DNA from: Spirochaetia bacterium
Lineage (GTDB): Bacteria; Spirochaetota; Spirochaetia; UBA9216
NCBI GenBank assembly: GCA_965140585.1
Contig: OZ223272.1
Location: forward strand, 416,001-480,000
Direction of reading: 5' to 3'
Length of the DNA: 64,000 nucleotides
Shown: piece by piece, positions 1 through 9,789 of the stretch
Layout: each line of letters starts with the position of its first letter
Numbering within the stretch: position 1 is the first letter of the stretch
The notes under the pieces: generated by a model
What the model was told of the DNA's origin: nothing
The model's database searches: none
What the model saw: the letters and a program-made list of their open reading frames with translations, nothing else
Program-made: the position numbers and the translations under genes

Positions 1-2482
1 TTGTGTGAACAATTCCTGTGGAGCCTGCTTCATCGGCAATCTTTTCTATATATTCCTTTATCCGTTTGTATCTGGCAAAATACGCACCGATAAACTCATC
101 AGCTGTCTTTCGGGGAATCTTGAGTTCCCTCGACAGCCTGAATGCCGACATACCGTACATAACGCCGAAATTGATGGTTTTGGCCACACGCCGCTGATCG
201 GCAGTGACAAATTCCGGAAAGACATCGAAAATAAGAGCTGCTGTCTGCTTATGAACATCCTCTCCCTCAAGGAAGGCTCTCTTAAGTCCCTCATCCCCGG
301 AAAGGTGTGCCAGAACAACCAGCTCAATCTGGGAATAGTCGGCGCTCAGGAATCTGCATCCTTCAGCGGGGATGAATGCCTCCCTTATCTTTCTGCCGTT
401 ATCAGTTTTTACCGGAATATTCTGCAGATTAGGGTCCTTGGAAGAAAGGCGGCCGGTTGCAGTTCCGGTCTGGATAAACTGGGTATGAATGCGTCCTGTT
501 CCGCCGTTTACCAAGGCAGGAAGGGTATCGACATAGGTTGATTTAAGTTTTGAAAGACTGCGGTTCTCGAGTATTTTCTCGGGAACGGGATCCTGTTCGG
601 CCAGTATTTCGAGAACCTGAACATTGGTTGAATATCCGGTCTTGGTCTTCTTAATCGGTTTGAGTCCCCGCTTTTCAAAAAGGACTTCCTGCAGCTGTTT
701 GGTGGAGTTGATATTAAACTCCATTCCGCATAGTTCATATATTTCATTCTGAATAGTCTCAAGCTGTTCACCAAGGATAACCCCGAAATCAGAGAGAAGC
801 TTAGTATCTATGATAATACCTCTAAGCTCCATCTCTGCAAGAACGGTCACCAGGGGAAGTTCAATATCATTATAAAGCTTCATCATTTTCCGCTCTTTTA
901 GTTCGGGTTCAAAGCATTTATACAGCCTGAAGGTGATGTCGGTATCTTCAGCCGCATAGTTTACGGCATTTTCAAGGGTAACCTTGTCAAAAATCTCATT
1001 CTTCGGCACAACGTCATCGTAGTGGATGGTCTGGTAACCGATTGCACGCTCGGCAAGCAGGTCCATATTAAACTGACCAAGACTGCTGTCCAGCATCCAG
1101 GCTGCTATCATCGTATCAAAGCAGATACCTTTAATCTGAATGCCCCAGCGCTTGAGGACCTTGTAATCGTATTTAATATTCTGCCCGACAACTTTAAAAC
1201 CTTCATCTTCAAGAAGCGGCTTCAGAACCTTTCTGACATCCTCATCAGCAAAATAATCTTTTACTTCACCTGATTCATCAGCAGCGCGAAGCGGAATATA
1301 CCAGCCGGATCCTGCTTCAATGCTGATTGAAAAGCCTATCGGAACCGCTGATACAGAATCGAGGCTGTCGGTTTCACAGTCAAAGGCAAACAGACCGGCC
1401 TTCCTGACCTGCCGGGTAAGCTTTTCAAGCGCAGCAGTATCGGTAATCGCCTCATACTTTCCCTTGCCGGCAAAGACTGAGTGCTTCTGTGCAAGTCCTG
1501 AGATTCCTGTAAACAGCGGGTCTCCGCCGTACAGCCGCTCTGGCGATTTTGCCGCTTCCTTTTTACCATCGGCTTTGCTTCCAGTTACTGCAGAGCCTGC
1601 AGTATCGCCGTTTTCTCCGGAAAGCTTGTCGGCAACGCTTGTAACCTCGTATTCACGAAGAAGCACAGCTCCGTCAGCAGGCTTCCAGTCCGAAGCTGAA
1701 AGTGATTCAATGCTGAGCTCCAGACCGCAGTCGGGCTTGAGCGTTACAAGTTCACGGCTGAGGTAGGCGTTTTCCCTGCTCTCTTCGAGCTTCTTTTTAA
1801 CCGAGGCGGTCTGAGAATCGAGGTTGGCATAAACCCCGTCAAGATCGCCGAACTCGGACAGAAGTTTTACTGCTGTTTTTGGGCCTATTCCACGTACACC
1901 GGGAACATTATCAGCCTGGTCGCCGGTGAGGGCAAGGTAGTCGATTATCTTTTCCGGTCCGACGCCCCATTCCTCTTCAACCTCGGGAAGCCCGAGTATT
2001 TTATATTCACCCTTGTCCGGTTTCATTATTCTGACCTTATCATCAACAAGCTGAAGAAGGTCCTTATCGCCGGTTATTATGTAGCAGGGCCGTTCCTCGG
2101 CAGAGGCCATCCCGGCAAAATAGGCAATAATATCATCAGCCTCAAAACGGTCCTTGCGGACTATCTTCAGGTTCATGGCTTCAAGTACCTTTTCAATCAC
2201 CGGAATCTGGGCGTGCAGATCATCCGGCGCCTTTTCACGGTTGGCTTTGTACTCTGGATACTGTTCATGTCTGAATGTCGGGACCCTTGAATCAAGCACA
2301 ACGGCAAAGTATTCCGGTTTAAATGTCTCAAAGAGGTTTGCAATGCTTCTGAAAAAACCGAAGACTGCTGAGGTGTTTTCACCCTTCGAGTTGATGAGTG
2401 GTCTGTTGATAAATGCAAAATAGGAACGGTAAATAAGGCTGTACCCGTCAAGAAGGTAGACGGCCCTGTTGTTTTCTTTCAT
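1..2482 (-). CDS. polA: DNA polymerase I (3' end runs off the window)
   Basis: Manual translation from ATG at 2482: MKENNRAVYLLDGYSLIYRSYFAFINRPLINSKGENTSAVFGF (5'-3' exonuclease N-terminus); later EADD, GDKDLLQL, DNVPGVRGIGPKTA and TGRLSSKDPNLQNIP motifs. Absent from the ORF track because there is no stop codon in the window. Confidence 0.96.
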   Translation of the reverse strand, partial: MKENNRAVYLLDGYSLIYRSYFAFINRPLINSKGENTSAVFGFFRSIANLFETFKPEYFAVVLDSRVPTFRHEQYPEYKANREKAPDDLHAQIPVIEKVLEAMNLKIVRKDRFEADDIIAYFAGMASAEERPCYIITGDKDLLQLVDDKVRIMKPDKGEYKILGLPEVEEEWGVGPEKIIDYLALTGDQADNVPGVRGIGPKTAVKLLSEFGDLDGVYANLDSQTASVKKKLEESRENAYLSRELVTLKPDCGLELSIESLSASDWKPADGAVLLREYEVTSVADKLSGENGDTAGSAVTGSKADGKKEAAKSPERLYGGDPLFTGISGLAQKHSVFAGKGKYEAITDTAALEKLTRQVRKAGLFAFDCETDSLDSVSAVPIGFSISIEAGSGWYIPLRAADESGEVKDYFADEDVRKVLKPLLEDEGFKVVGQNIKYDYKVLKRWGIQIKGICFDTMIAAWMLDSSLGQFNMDLLAERAIGYQTIHYDDVVPKNEIFDKVTLENAVNYAAEDTDITFRLYKCFEPELKERKMMKLYNDIELPLVTVLAEMELRGIIIDTKLLSDFGVILGEQLETIQNEIYELCGMEFNINSTKQLQEVLFEKRGLKPIKKTKTGYSTNVQVLEILAEQDPVPEKILENRSLSKLKSTYVDTLPALVNGGTGRIHTQFIQTGTATGRLSSKDPNLQNIPVKTDNGRKIREAFIPAEGCRFLSADYSQIELVVLAHLSGDEGLKRAFLEGEDVHKQTAALIFDVFPEFVTADQRRVAKTINFGVMYGMSAFRLSRELKIPRKTADEFIGAYFARYKRIKEYIEKIADEAGSTGIVHT

Positions 2483-2916
2483 ATCTTTATATCCAATTGG
2501 TTAGGGTTATCCCCTGAATAATATATCCTTCGGGCAAATTTAGGAAGTCTGGACCTCTCAATACGGTTCTTTAATGCCGACATCTTTTCAGAAAGAAGCA
2601 CTATATTAGCCTCTCCACGTTCGGAGGCCTGTTTTCTAAGATCATCTATTTCCCCATAAAGGCGGCTTATTTCGCTGTTTTGAGGTAAACTTCCGTCTTT
2701 ATAATCAAAAAGCAGTGCATTGCAGGTCTTCGTGTACGAGATGATTTTTTCTACCTGTGATTTTTCCAAATCGGTATGAATGCAGAGTTTCTCCTGATCT
2801 CCTGCAAGAATATCCTCCTGTTCAAAGGCCAGAATATCCATGAGGGTGAGGTAGCTTTGTTTTAATTCTTCAAGGTATTTAAAAAGATTGAGCAGAAAAC
2901 TGCCGGAATCAGACAT
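2479..2916 (-). CDS. flgN: FlgN-like flagellar export chaperone
   Basis: 145-aa helical protein directly after fliS, with a C-terminal Y..G...LDIKI pattern; ATGA overlap with polA. Confidence 0.65.
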   Translation of the reverse strand: MSDSGSFLLNLFKYLEELKQSYLTLMDILAFEQEDILAGDQEKLCIHTDLEKSQVEKIISYTKTCNALLFDYKDGSLPQNSEISRLYGEIDDLRKQASERGEANIVLLSEKMSALKNRIERSRLPKFARRIYYSGDNPNQLDIKI

Positions 2917-3341
2917 TATCCTGCAATATTAATACCAGTTGAGGCCTGAGGCGCATTTGCTCCGGCTTTCTGAAAAACCTGCTGCCAGGCATCCTTCAAA
3001 TCCTTCATCATGATAATGATGGATTTTACCGGTTCAGCATCCTTTTTGACGTTTGCAAGCATAAGTTCCCGGTTGAAAAATATATAAAGGCTGTAGAGAT
3101 TCTTGGCAATCTCGCCGCCCCTGTCAAAATCGAGCGAGACCATTAGCTCGGTGATAATATCCTGGGCCTTTATAAGGGCATTATTAATCTGGTCGATCTG
3201 CGGCTTGGCAGACTCAAGGGCGGAAACAGCTGTTTCCATCTGCCGCACTGCCTCCGTGTACAGCATTAATACCAGTTTGCCCTGACTGGCTGTCTTAATG
3301 TTTGTTTCACGGTACGCATTCAACGGATTTAGATTGCTCAA
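2916..3341 (-). CDS. fliS: Flagellin export chaperone FliS
   Basis: AYRETNIKTASQGKLVLMLY...KAQDIITELMVSLDFDRGGEIAKNLYSLY. Confidence 0.95.
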   Translation of the reverse strand: MSNLNPLNAYRETNIKTASQGKLVLMLYTEAVRQMETAVSALESAKPQIDQINNALIKAQDIITELMVSLDFDRGGEIAKNLYSLYIFFNRELMLANVKKDAEPVKSIIIMMKDLKDAWQQVFQKAGANAPQASTGINIAG

Positions 3342-3451
3342 GATTCCATCTCCCTGTCTGATTTACTGCCCAAGGACAGATTATTTATAATTATCGGTGA
3401 TTTCAAAAGACCCTTTAGAGATCTTTTATCTTTTTTTAAAGATTTTACAAA

Positions 3452-5725
3452 TCACCTTCTTGCCCGGTCTATAAGCACGCTTACCGGAACAACCGAATAT
3501 CCCTGTTCAATAAGGTCGTTCAGAAGCAGTTCAAGACTGGCAAATAATGGTTCGGTTCCGTCGGTGGATTCACCGAGTCTGATTGGGATGATCGAGCCGG
3601 GTTTCTTCTTGTTCATAATGGTTTCGATCATTTCTGCAACACTCAGACCCTGACTGCTCAGGCCTCTTACATCCCATACCCACTCAAGCGGATCAATATC
3701 ACGGTTGATATAGGTATAGTTCATTTCCTTGGATGCATCAATAATATCGCTGCTAACAACGTAATAAGGTGCATGCCAAAGCAACGCAAGCTCCTCCCCA
3801 GTTAAAGCATAGTAGTCATCCTCGTTCCGGGCAAGGCCTCTTTTGATAAATTCTTTATCAAGCCTGTATCTTGCATCAGTCATGTTAAAATATGAATAGA
3901 AAAGTGAGCCGATTTCATGAGAAGAATTTGCAAGTTCCTGGACTGCCTCAGGATTTCTACGCATAAAATTACCATTCACAAAAAAAGTGGCGCTGATATC
4001 GTAATGATCAAGCACATTAAGAACCTCAGTAAGGCCCTCTGCTGAATCAATAGCGTTGAATACTATTGAAATTTCCCTTCTGCGGATTCGTGAGCCGTGG
4101 GAGAAATTGTCGAAGTTTATATCATCGTCTCTTGCAGGAAAGGCTTCGTATTCTGATTCAGGATAGGGAAAGAGCGCTTCAGTACCGAAGCTGTCCAGCT
4201 TTCTCATCATTATCATATTCTGGTAGGGCCCTGCTGTCTGATCCTGGGTATAAACGCGGTATTTGTCCGACACTGAGACAGGAACCTCTTCATCAAGACT
4301 GAAAACACGCTTCCACCCTGTTTCCTTGTCGAGTATAAACAGATTTCCGTTAGAAGATGCGTACACGGAGCCTGATTTTGTGTAACCGGAGGAATCTGCC
4401 TGTGAAACGGTAAGAACGGTCGAACTGTCGGTGTAAATATCATATTTTTCTGTGGAATATTTTCCGGTAATCAGCAGCTCGGAATCGGATATCCAGAAGG
4501 ATTTTATAGGACTGTCAAACTTCAATGTGCCCGAGGTACTCCAGGTCTTATAATCCTTGAAGGCTATTCTGTCATTGTAGAGAACCGCAACAGTCTCGGA
4601 ATTCATGGACAGCTCAAGGTCCGTGACGTTCTCTTCTGGAATCTGCTTAAATTCAAGCGGTTTATCGGTGTAACGAAGGTCAAACCTGAAAACAGAGGTT
4701 TTCTGGGATCCTCCCTCAATTCGTGTTGTCAGAATAGTGACTATATCGCTTGTGGGCCAGACAACTTTTTTAAGCCTTGTATTTCTGGGCAGGTAAAGAT
4801 ACGGCAGCGAAACAACATCACCTGTTGAGATATAGTTTGAGTTTTTAAGAAAATAAAGGAAGATATTGCTTCCGGCTTTATTGAATATGATCTTTTCTCC
4901 GTCGGGAGATACATAGAAGCTGTCAAATGCCGGATCGAAATCAAAGGGAATCTTGCCCGAAATTTCACCGATCTCCATGAGCTCACGGTAAAGGGAGGTT
5001 GTGAACAGCTGAGCTGGAATTATCTTGTATATGACGGAGTCTGAGAGATAAAAAAGTTCTTTACCGGCCGACCAGCGTACATTTGAAATCAGGCCCTTGC
5101 CTATCTTCCTGAACTCTTCAGCCAGAGTCTTACCGGCATAGTACTGCTCAAGAGAGTAATAGAATACCTCTCCGCCCTTGCTGTAGACGAAAAACTCCGA
5201 ATCCGGAGCCCAGAGAACTACTTCATCGCTGTAAGTGAGGTCGAGATTATCTGATATTACGGTTTCCGTTCCCTGAGCTACATCATATAGAATAAGCGAT
5301 GCATAGCCATGGGAAACAGGCTGCAGATATGCGAGGTAGCGGCCGTCCGGTGACGGGTGCGAAGGAAACATCTTTCCTTCCTTTATCTGTTTGCCCTCAA
5401 TGAATCCGGGATATGATTTTATGACCTCAAAACCGGAGAAATCGCTTTTAGTCCTGAACAGACCGTATCGGTTGCGGATCTGGAGTGTATTGCCGCCGTC
5501 AAGCATTACGGCTTCTTCGGGGAAGATAGTCAGCTGGGAAAAATCCCTATCATCAAGATTTACATCAAAAAGGGTTGAGTAGCGTCCGAAACCAGGGCAC
5601 TCAAGCTCTGCGCTGAAAAGTAGATTCTCTCCTTCACCGAATACAGGTGTCTTAAAAAGCACCTGAGCATTGAGAGAAACAGCAAAAATAATAAGAAACG
5701 GCAGCAGAAAAAAGGATTTCTTCAT
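3452..5725 (-). CDS. Exported protein with beta-propeller-like repeats and C-terminal polysaccharide deacetylase (NodB-like) domain
   Basis: Signal peptide; SPDG repeats; ATFFVNG...HEIGS and PGSII motifs. Confidence 0.75.
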   Translation of the reverse strand: MKKSFFLLPFLIIFAVSLNAQVLFKTPVFGEGENLLFSAELECPGFGRYSTLFDVNLDDRDFSQLTIFPEEAVMLDGGNTLQIRNRYGLFRTKSDFSGFEVIKSYPGFIEGKQIKEGKMFPSHPSPDGRYLAYLQPVSHGYASLILYDVAQGTETVISDNLDLTYSDEVVLWAPDSEFFVYSKGGEVFYYSLEQYYAGKTLAEEFRKIGKGLISNVRWSAGKELFYLSDSVIYKIIPAQLFTTSLYRELMEIGEISGKIPFDFDPAFDSFYVSPDGEKIIFNKAGSNIFLYFLKNSNYISTGDVVSLPYLYLPRNTRLKKVVWPTSDIVTILTTRIEGGSQKTSVFRFDLRYTDKPLEFKQIPEENVTDLELSMNSETVAVLYNDRIAFKDYKTWSTSGTLKFDSPIKSFWISDSELLITGKYSTEKYDIYTDSSTVLTVSQADSSGYTKSGSVYASSNGNLFILDKETGWKRVFSLDEEVPVSVSDKYRVYTQDQTAGPYQNMIMMRKLDSFGTEALFPYPESEYEAFPARDDDINFDNFSHGSRIRRREISIVFNAIDSAEGLTEVLNVLDHYDISATFFVNGNFMRRNPEAVQELANSSHEIGSLFYSYFNMTDARYRLDKEFIKRGLARNEDDYYALTGEELALLWHAPYYVVSSDIIDASKEMNYTYINRDIDPLEWVWDVRGLSSQGLSVAEMIETIMNKKKPGSIIPIRLGESTDGTEPLFASLELLLNDLIEQGYSVVPVSVLIDRARR

Positions 5726-5814
5726 ATCTATGAAATTTTCGGCATGCTTAGGCTTAGTGTACAGTAAAAAATGTGATCTTCTTTCAAAACCGGCAGTGTT
5801 TTAAGCGCGGCTGA

Positions 5815-6042
5815 TCACTTCTTTGAGAGTATAAATGTATCAAGTTCAGACTCAATATCAATAAGCCTGAGTGACAGATTTTCCAGTCTGAGCAGTGCAT
5901 CCCCATAGACAACCTCTTCCAGTCTGTCAAAAGACTCTCCAATACTTTGTCTGAGTTCATCAATGGAGCTTACTGGGCTTCCGCAATGCGGACAGAAATT
6001 ATAACCTTCTTCCAACTGACCGTCACATTCCGTACATTTCAT
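5815..6042 (-). CDS. Small zinc-ribbon protein
   Basis: MKCTEC...FCPHCG; start moved to the ATG at 6042. Confidence 0.65.
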   Translation of the reverse strand: MKCTECDGQLEEGYNFCPHCGSPVSSIDELRQSIGESFDRLEEVVYGDALLRLENLSLRLIDIESELDTFILSKK

Positions 6043-6152
6043 CTCAGTTATCCTCTCTATATAAAATATAGAAAATTCAAAATACAGATGCAAGTAAGCT
6101 TCCGGCAAAACTCGGTCAGTTTTGCAAAAAGCTCCCTTGCATTAAATTTACT

Positions 6153-7505
6153 CTAAAGCAATTGCGCGGCAAGTTCCGCGAGAGCACTTCGCTCGGTATG
6201 AGTAAGAGTAATATGCCCGTAAATCTGCTGGCCCTTGAAAGCTTCAACCAGATAGGAAAGTCCGTTCGAGTTTGTATCAAGATAAGGGCTGTCAATCTGG
6301 TAGGGATCGCCGGTGAGGATAACCTTGGTATTCTTTCCGGCCCTGCTGACTATGGTTTTAATCTCGTGAGGAGTTAGATTCTGGGCTTCATCTATGATGA
6401 TATACTGTTCAGGCAGCGAACGTCCGCGGATATATGTCAGGCCCTCAACTTCGAGAAGATTGTTCTTGATAAACCAGTCAACGCCCTTCTCATCATCCTT
6501 TTTCCGGTTGATTCCGAGAATATACTCCAGATTATCGAATATCGGCTGCATCCAGTGAGACAGCTTTTCTCCCTTGTCTCCGGGCAGATAACCTATGTCC
6601 TTACCCATTGGAATTACCGGCCGAGAGACAAGCATCCGGTTATACTTTGCTTCATCAATAACCTTCGCAAGCCCGGAAGCAAGGGCCAGAAGGGTTTTTC
6701 CCGTTCCGGCCTGTCCTACCAGGGTAACCAGTGATACAGTTTCATCAAGCAGAAGCTCAAAGGCCATCTTCTGTTCCGGATTAAGCGGCTTGATGCCGTA
6801 AACGGAATGACGCCTGGCCGGAAGCATTCTGAGCTCATTATTCTGACTGAAATACCGGCCGATCAGGGTCTCGCCGTCGTCGGAAGCCTTCATCACCACA
6901 AACTCGTTGCTTCGCAAAGAATCCCGCCACTCAATTCGCTTATCATTCCTGAATTTTTCAAATGTATCCCGGGAAACCTGGACTTCCCGCCAGCCCTGGT
7001 AGAGCGATTTTATATCAATCTTCTGCTTTTCATAGTCAACAGCCTTCAGTCCAAGCGCCTCGGCCTTTACGCGGGCGTTTATATCCTTCGAGACTAAAAA
7101 GACCCGCCTGCCCTGCGCCTGAAGATCCAGCGCTGTCTGAATGATACGGTTATCCGCCTTCTGGGCAGCAAGCTCGGGAGGCATTGTGGATGCACCGGCT
7201 CTGAGAACCTTGAGTATGGAACCGTTCTCCATTTTAATTCCGTTGCTTAGGGAGCCTCCTCTTGCCGCCTGGGCATCGAGGAATCGGATTGCATGCCTGG
7301 CACTGCGTCCTTTTTCATCGCTGAAACGCTTCAGGCTGTCAAGCTCCTCAAGCACTGCAAGCGGAATGACAACCTCGTTATCCTTGAATGAAAGGATGGC
7401 ATCAGGCTTGTGAATAAACACATTGGTGTCTATTACAAAGGTTTTAATTGAATCGCCGGATTTTCTGCTGTCTTTACCGTTCTTTTCGATAGTTTCATTT
7501 GACAT
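6153..7505 (-). CDS. PIN-PhoH family ATPase (PhoH2/YlaK-like)
   Basis: N-terminal PIN (VIDTNV, ADNRII, SKDINAR), Walker A GQAGTGKT, YIRGRS, IIDEAQN. Confidence 0.92.
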   Translation of the reverse strand: MSNETIEKNGKDSRKSGDSIKTFVIDTNVFIHKPDAILSFKDNEVVIPLAVLEELDSLKRFSDEKGRSARHAIRFLDAQAARGGSLSNGIKMENGSILKVLRAGASTMPPELAAQKADNRIIQTALDLQAQGRRVFLVSKDINARVKAEALGLKAVDYEKQKIDIKSLYQGWREVQVSRDTFEKFRNDKRIEWRDSLRSNEFVVMKASDDGETLIGRYFSQNNELRMLPARRHSVYGIKPLNPEQKMAFELLLDETVSLVTLVGQAGTGKTLLALASGLAKVIDEAKYNRMLVSRPVIPMGKDIGYLPGDKGEKLSHWMQPIFDNLEYILGINRKKDDEKGVDWFIKNNLLEVEGLTYIRGRSLPEQYIIIDEAQNLTPHEIKTIVSRAGKNTKVILTGDPYQIDSPYLDTNSNGLSYLVEAFKGQQIYGHITLTHTERSALAELAAQLL

Positions 7506-7604
7506 AGAGGCCTCCTAAAAAAGAAAGATATTCCCTGTATTAATGATACTACCGCTTTTTCAGCAAAGCAATAAACTTAATATTATTAACCAGTAATAAA
7601 CGAA

Positions 7605-7631
7605 CCGCTCTATTGTTAAATAATAGAGCGG
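7605..7631 (-). terminator. Probable intrinsic terminator after the glycerol/DHA operon
   Basis: ccgctctatt-N7-aatagagcgg hairpin, T-rich tail on the minus strand. Confidence 0.55.
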
Positions 7632-7667
7632 CTTATTACGGAAGCATTTTTTAAATGATAAAAACTT

Positions 7668-9719
7668 TTAAACCAGATTGATGTACATTGTTGAACTGGC
7701 AACTGCCATAAGTGTGAATACTATGGTATTCAGAAATGCACCGGTAAAAACATTGTTTGTCTTTTCCAGCATTTTCTTGGTTATGATAGTTGCAATAAAA
7801 AGCATTACTACGAAGCCGAGAAGTACAATACTGTTTAATGCAACGGTTGGCCAGGCGGCTTTTCCAAACAGAAAAATTCCGCCGTACTCGCCAATCAGAA
7901 ACAGTATAAGTCCGCCGATATTAATTGCATAAGATGTAAGGTAACCCTTTACTCCTTTAAGGTAACTGCTGTTTGTATTCACCTGCAGTGCTATACCGTT
8001 GAAGAAGTAATAGAGAAAGAAGAACGGCATATATCTTAATGCCGAGAAGAAATGATCGGAATTAAAAGCCCTTACAGCAACAAGCCACAGTCTGAAGTCT
8101 GTTTTTAATAACGCATCTATAATAAAAAGAATAATAAACCCGACAGCTGCTGATATTATTGCAACCAATAAGGCTTTCAGGATGTTCTTTAAATTAACCG
8201 CTATTCCATACTGTTTCAAATCCATTCCGGCCGGTTTATTGATTGTAAGATACACAATGGTCAGAATAAGAAAGGTTACAGCAGCAACAAATAAGGCCCA
8301 GAAAACAACTGCATTTGTCTGCGGTTCATTGAAATACGGACTCAGCTTGAAAAGGTTTCCTGCACCAATAGTTAAACCGAATACAATGAATGCAGCTGCA
8401 GCGGCAATAATCCATCCGAAAAATGATTTCTCATCCTTGCTTTTAGCTATTGTCACAATGGCTATAATAATTGCAGCAGCAAATATTACAAGTGCAGCTA
8501 CTCTTATCTGTGAAAGTCCAAGGGGCAGTTTCCCCATCAGGGTGGCATAATATACAGCGGGGAAAAGAGCACTAAATGCCGTTATCAGCCAGAAAACAAC
8601 TTTTCTTTTTTTAGTATCAGGTCCGGCAAACTCTTTGATAGATTCTGATTTTACTGAACTGAAAAACGGAATTTTAAGCAGAAGCTGTACAAGCGGAACG
8701 AAAAGCATGAAAAAACCTATTAACGCAATAAACTCTGCATACTCCTTCAAGCGCCATATTTGTCCGTCGCCTTTGACGGCCGATGCAGGAGCATAATCTT
8801 TAAATGCTTCTGTGTAAAACTGAATCTGATAACCGGTTGATTCTTTAGAGAAATGGTTCCAAGGATGTGTTTCATTTGGTTCATAGATAATCCGCTTTCC
8901 GCCCGCTGCTGTTGTAAAAAAGGTCCCTTTAGCAGGGTTTGCAGGATTTCCCAGAAACTGTTTACCGGTAGCGGTCTGTGAATAATTCTTTTTTACCATT
9001 GTTTCACCGGTTGCGTAGGCGTTTTCATCAAAGAAGAATTCATCATACTGCCCGGCAATGGCGCCCGCAACCCGGCTGGCTAAACTCATATCAATGGCTT
9101 CAGCGTTTACACCAAGATAAGAAGACCATCGGTAATCAGAACCTGCAGTCAGAACTGCATGTATCTTGCGTACTGCCGGCTTTCCTTCAGCAAGGTCTTT
9201 CTGATATGCCTGTTCGTCAGAGAAAGATGCCATAGTAGAGGAAAAGCCGCCCATGGAATGACCGCTTACACCTATTATTCCGTTACCGGATTTATCTTTT
9301 AAGACATAGGGCTGTTTATATATGTATTGAACGGCATCATAAATCGCAGTAGTCCAGAATGAGAAAAACGGATTTCCCAGCGGAACACTGTCAAGATATG
9401 AATCACCGTGAGCGTACATATCAAGTGCAAGGACAACATAGCCTCTTCTTGACATTTCAATAGCCGGAGCATCCTGCATTTCTTTTGCATTAAGGTAACC
9501 ATGTGTGGTTACGATTGCAGGGCGAGGATCGCCCGGACCGGCACCTTTCGGCATGTAAAGCAAGCCGTTCAGTAATCCTTTATCAGTTCTGAAAGAAATT
9601 TCCGTCACCTGCACTTTATATCCCGATGTGTTGAATAAGTGTGCAAAGAAACTTCCAACCAAGATCAACATGAGTGCAATAGCCAGCCATGTTTGCGGTT
9701 TTTTAACCGTACTCTTCAT
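7668..9719 (-). CDS. Membrane-anchored alpha/beta hydrolase with multiple C-terminal TM helices
   Basis: GHSMGG nucleophile elbow, HG oxyanion motif; start moved to the ATG at 9719 (GGAGGG RBS). Confidence 0.8.
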   Translation of the reverse strand: MKSTVKKPQTWLAIALMLILVGSFFAHLFNTSGYKVQVTEISFRTDKGLLNGLLYMPKGAGPGDPRPAIVTTHGYLNAKEMQDAPAIEMSRRGYVVLALDMYAHGDSYLDSVPLGNPFFSFWTTAIYDAVQYIYKQPYVLKDKSGNGIIGVSGHSMGGFSSTMASFSDEQAYQKDLAEGKPAVRKIHAVLTAGSDYRWSSYLGVNAEAIDMSLASRVAGAIAGQYDEFFFDENAYATGETMVKKNYSQTATGKQFLGNPANPAKGTFFTTAAGGKRIIYEPNETHPWNHFSKESTGYQIQFYTEAFKDYAPASAVKGDGQIWRLKEYAEFIALIGFFMLFVPLVQLLLKIPFFSSVKSESIKEFAGPDTKKRKVVFWLITAFSALFPAVYYATLMGKLPLGLSQIRVAALVIFAAAIIIAIVTIAKSKDEKSFFGWIIAAAAAFIVFGLTIGAGNLFKLSPYFNEPQTNAVVFWALFVAAVTFLILTIVYLTINKPAGMDLKQYGIAVNLKNILKALLVAIISAAVGFIILFIIDALLKTDFRLWLVAVRAFNSDHFFSALRYMPFFFLYYFFNGIALQVNTNSSYLKGVKGYLTSYAINIGGLILFLIGEYGGIFLFGKAAWPTVALNSIVLLGFVVMLFIATIITKKMLEKTNNVFTGAFLNTIVFTLMAVASSTMYINLV

Positions 9720-9789
9720 AATCCCTCCATAATAAATCAATATTTGATCAACATCAGATTTCCTGATTAATAATCTGCCGGCAATCTTC

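Noticed and set aside
5-2451. Several ORFs in the track over 1-2.4 kb
   Set aside because: Shadow ORFs of polA on the minus strand.
2479-3341. fliS-flgN translationally coupled to polA as a novel system
   Set aside because: Mixed-function operons are common in spirochaetes; nothing else suggests a functional link.
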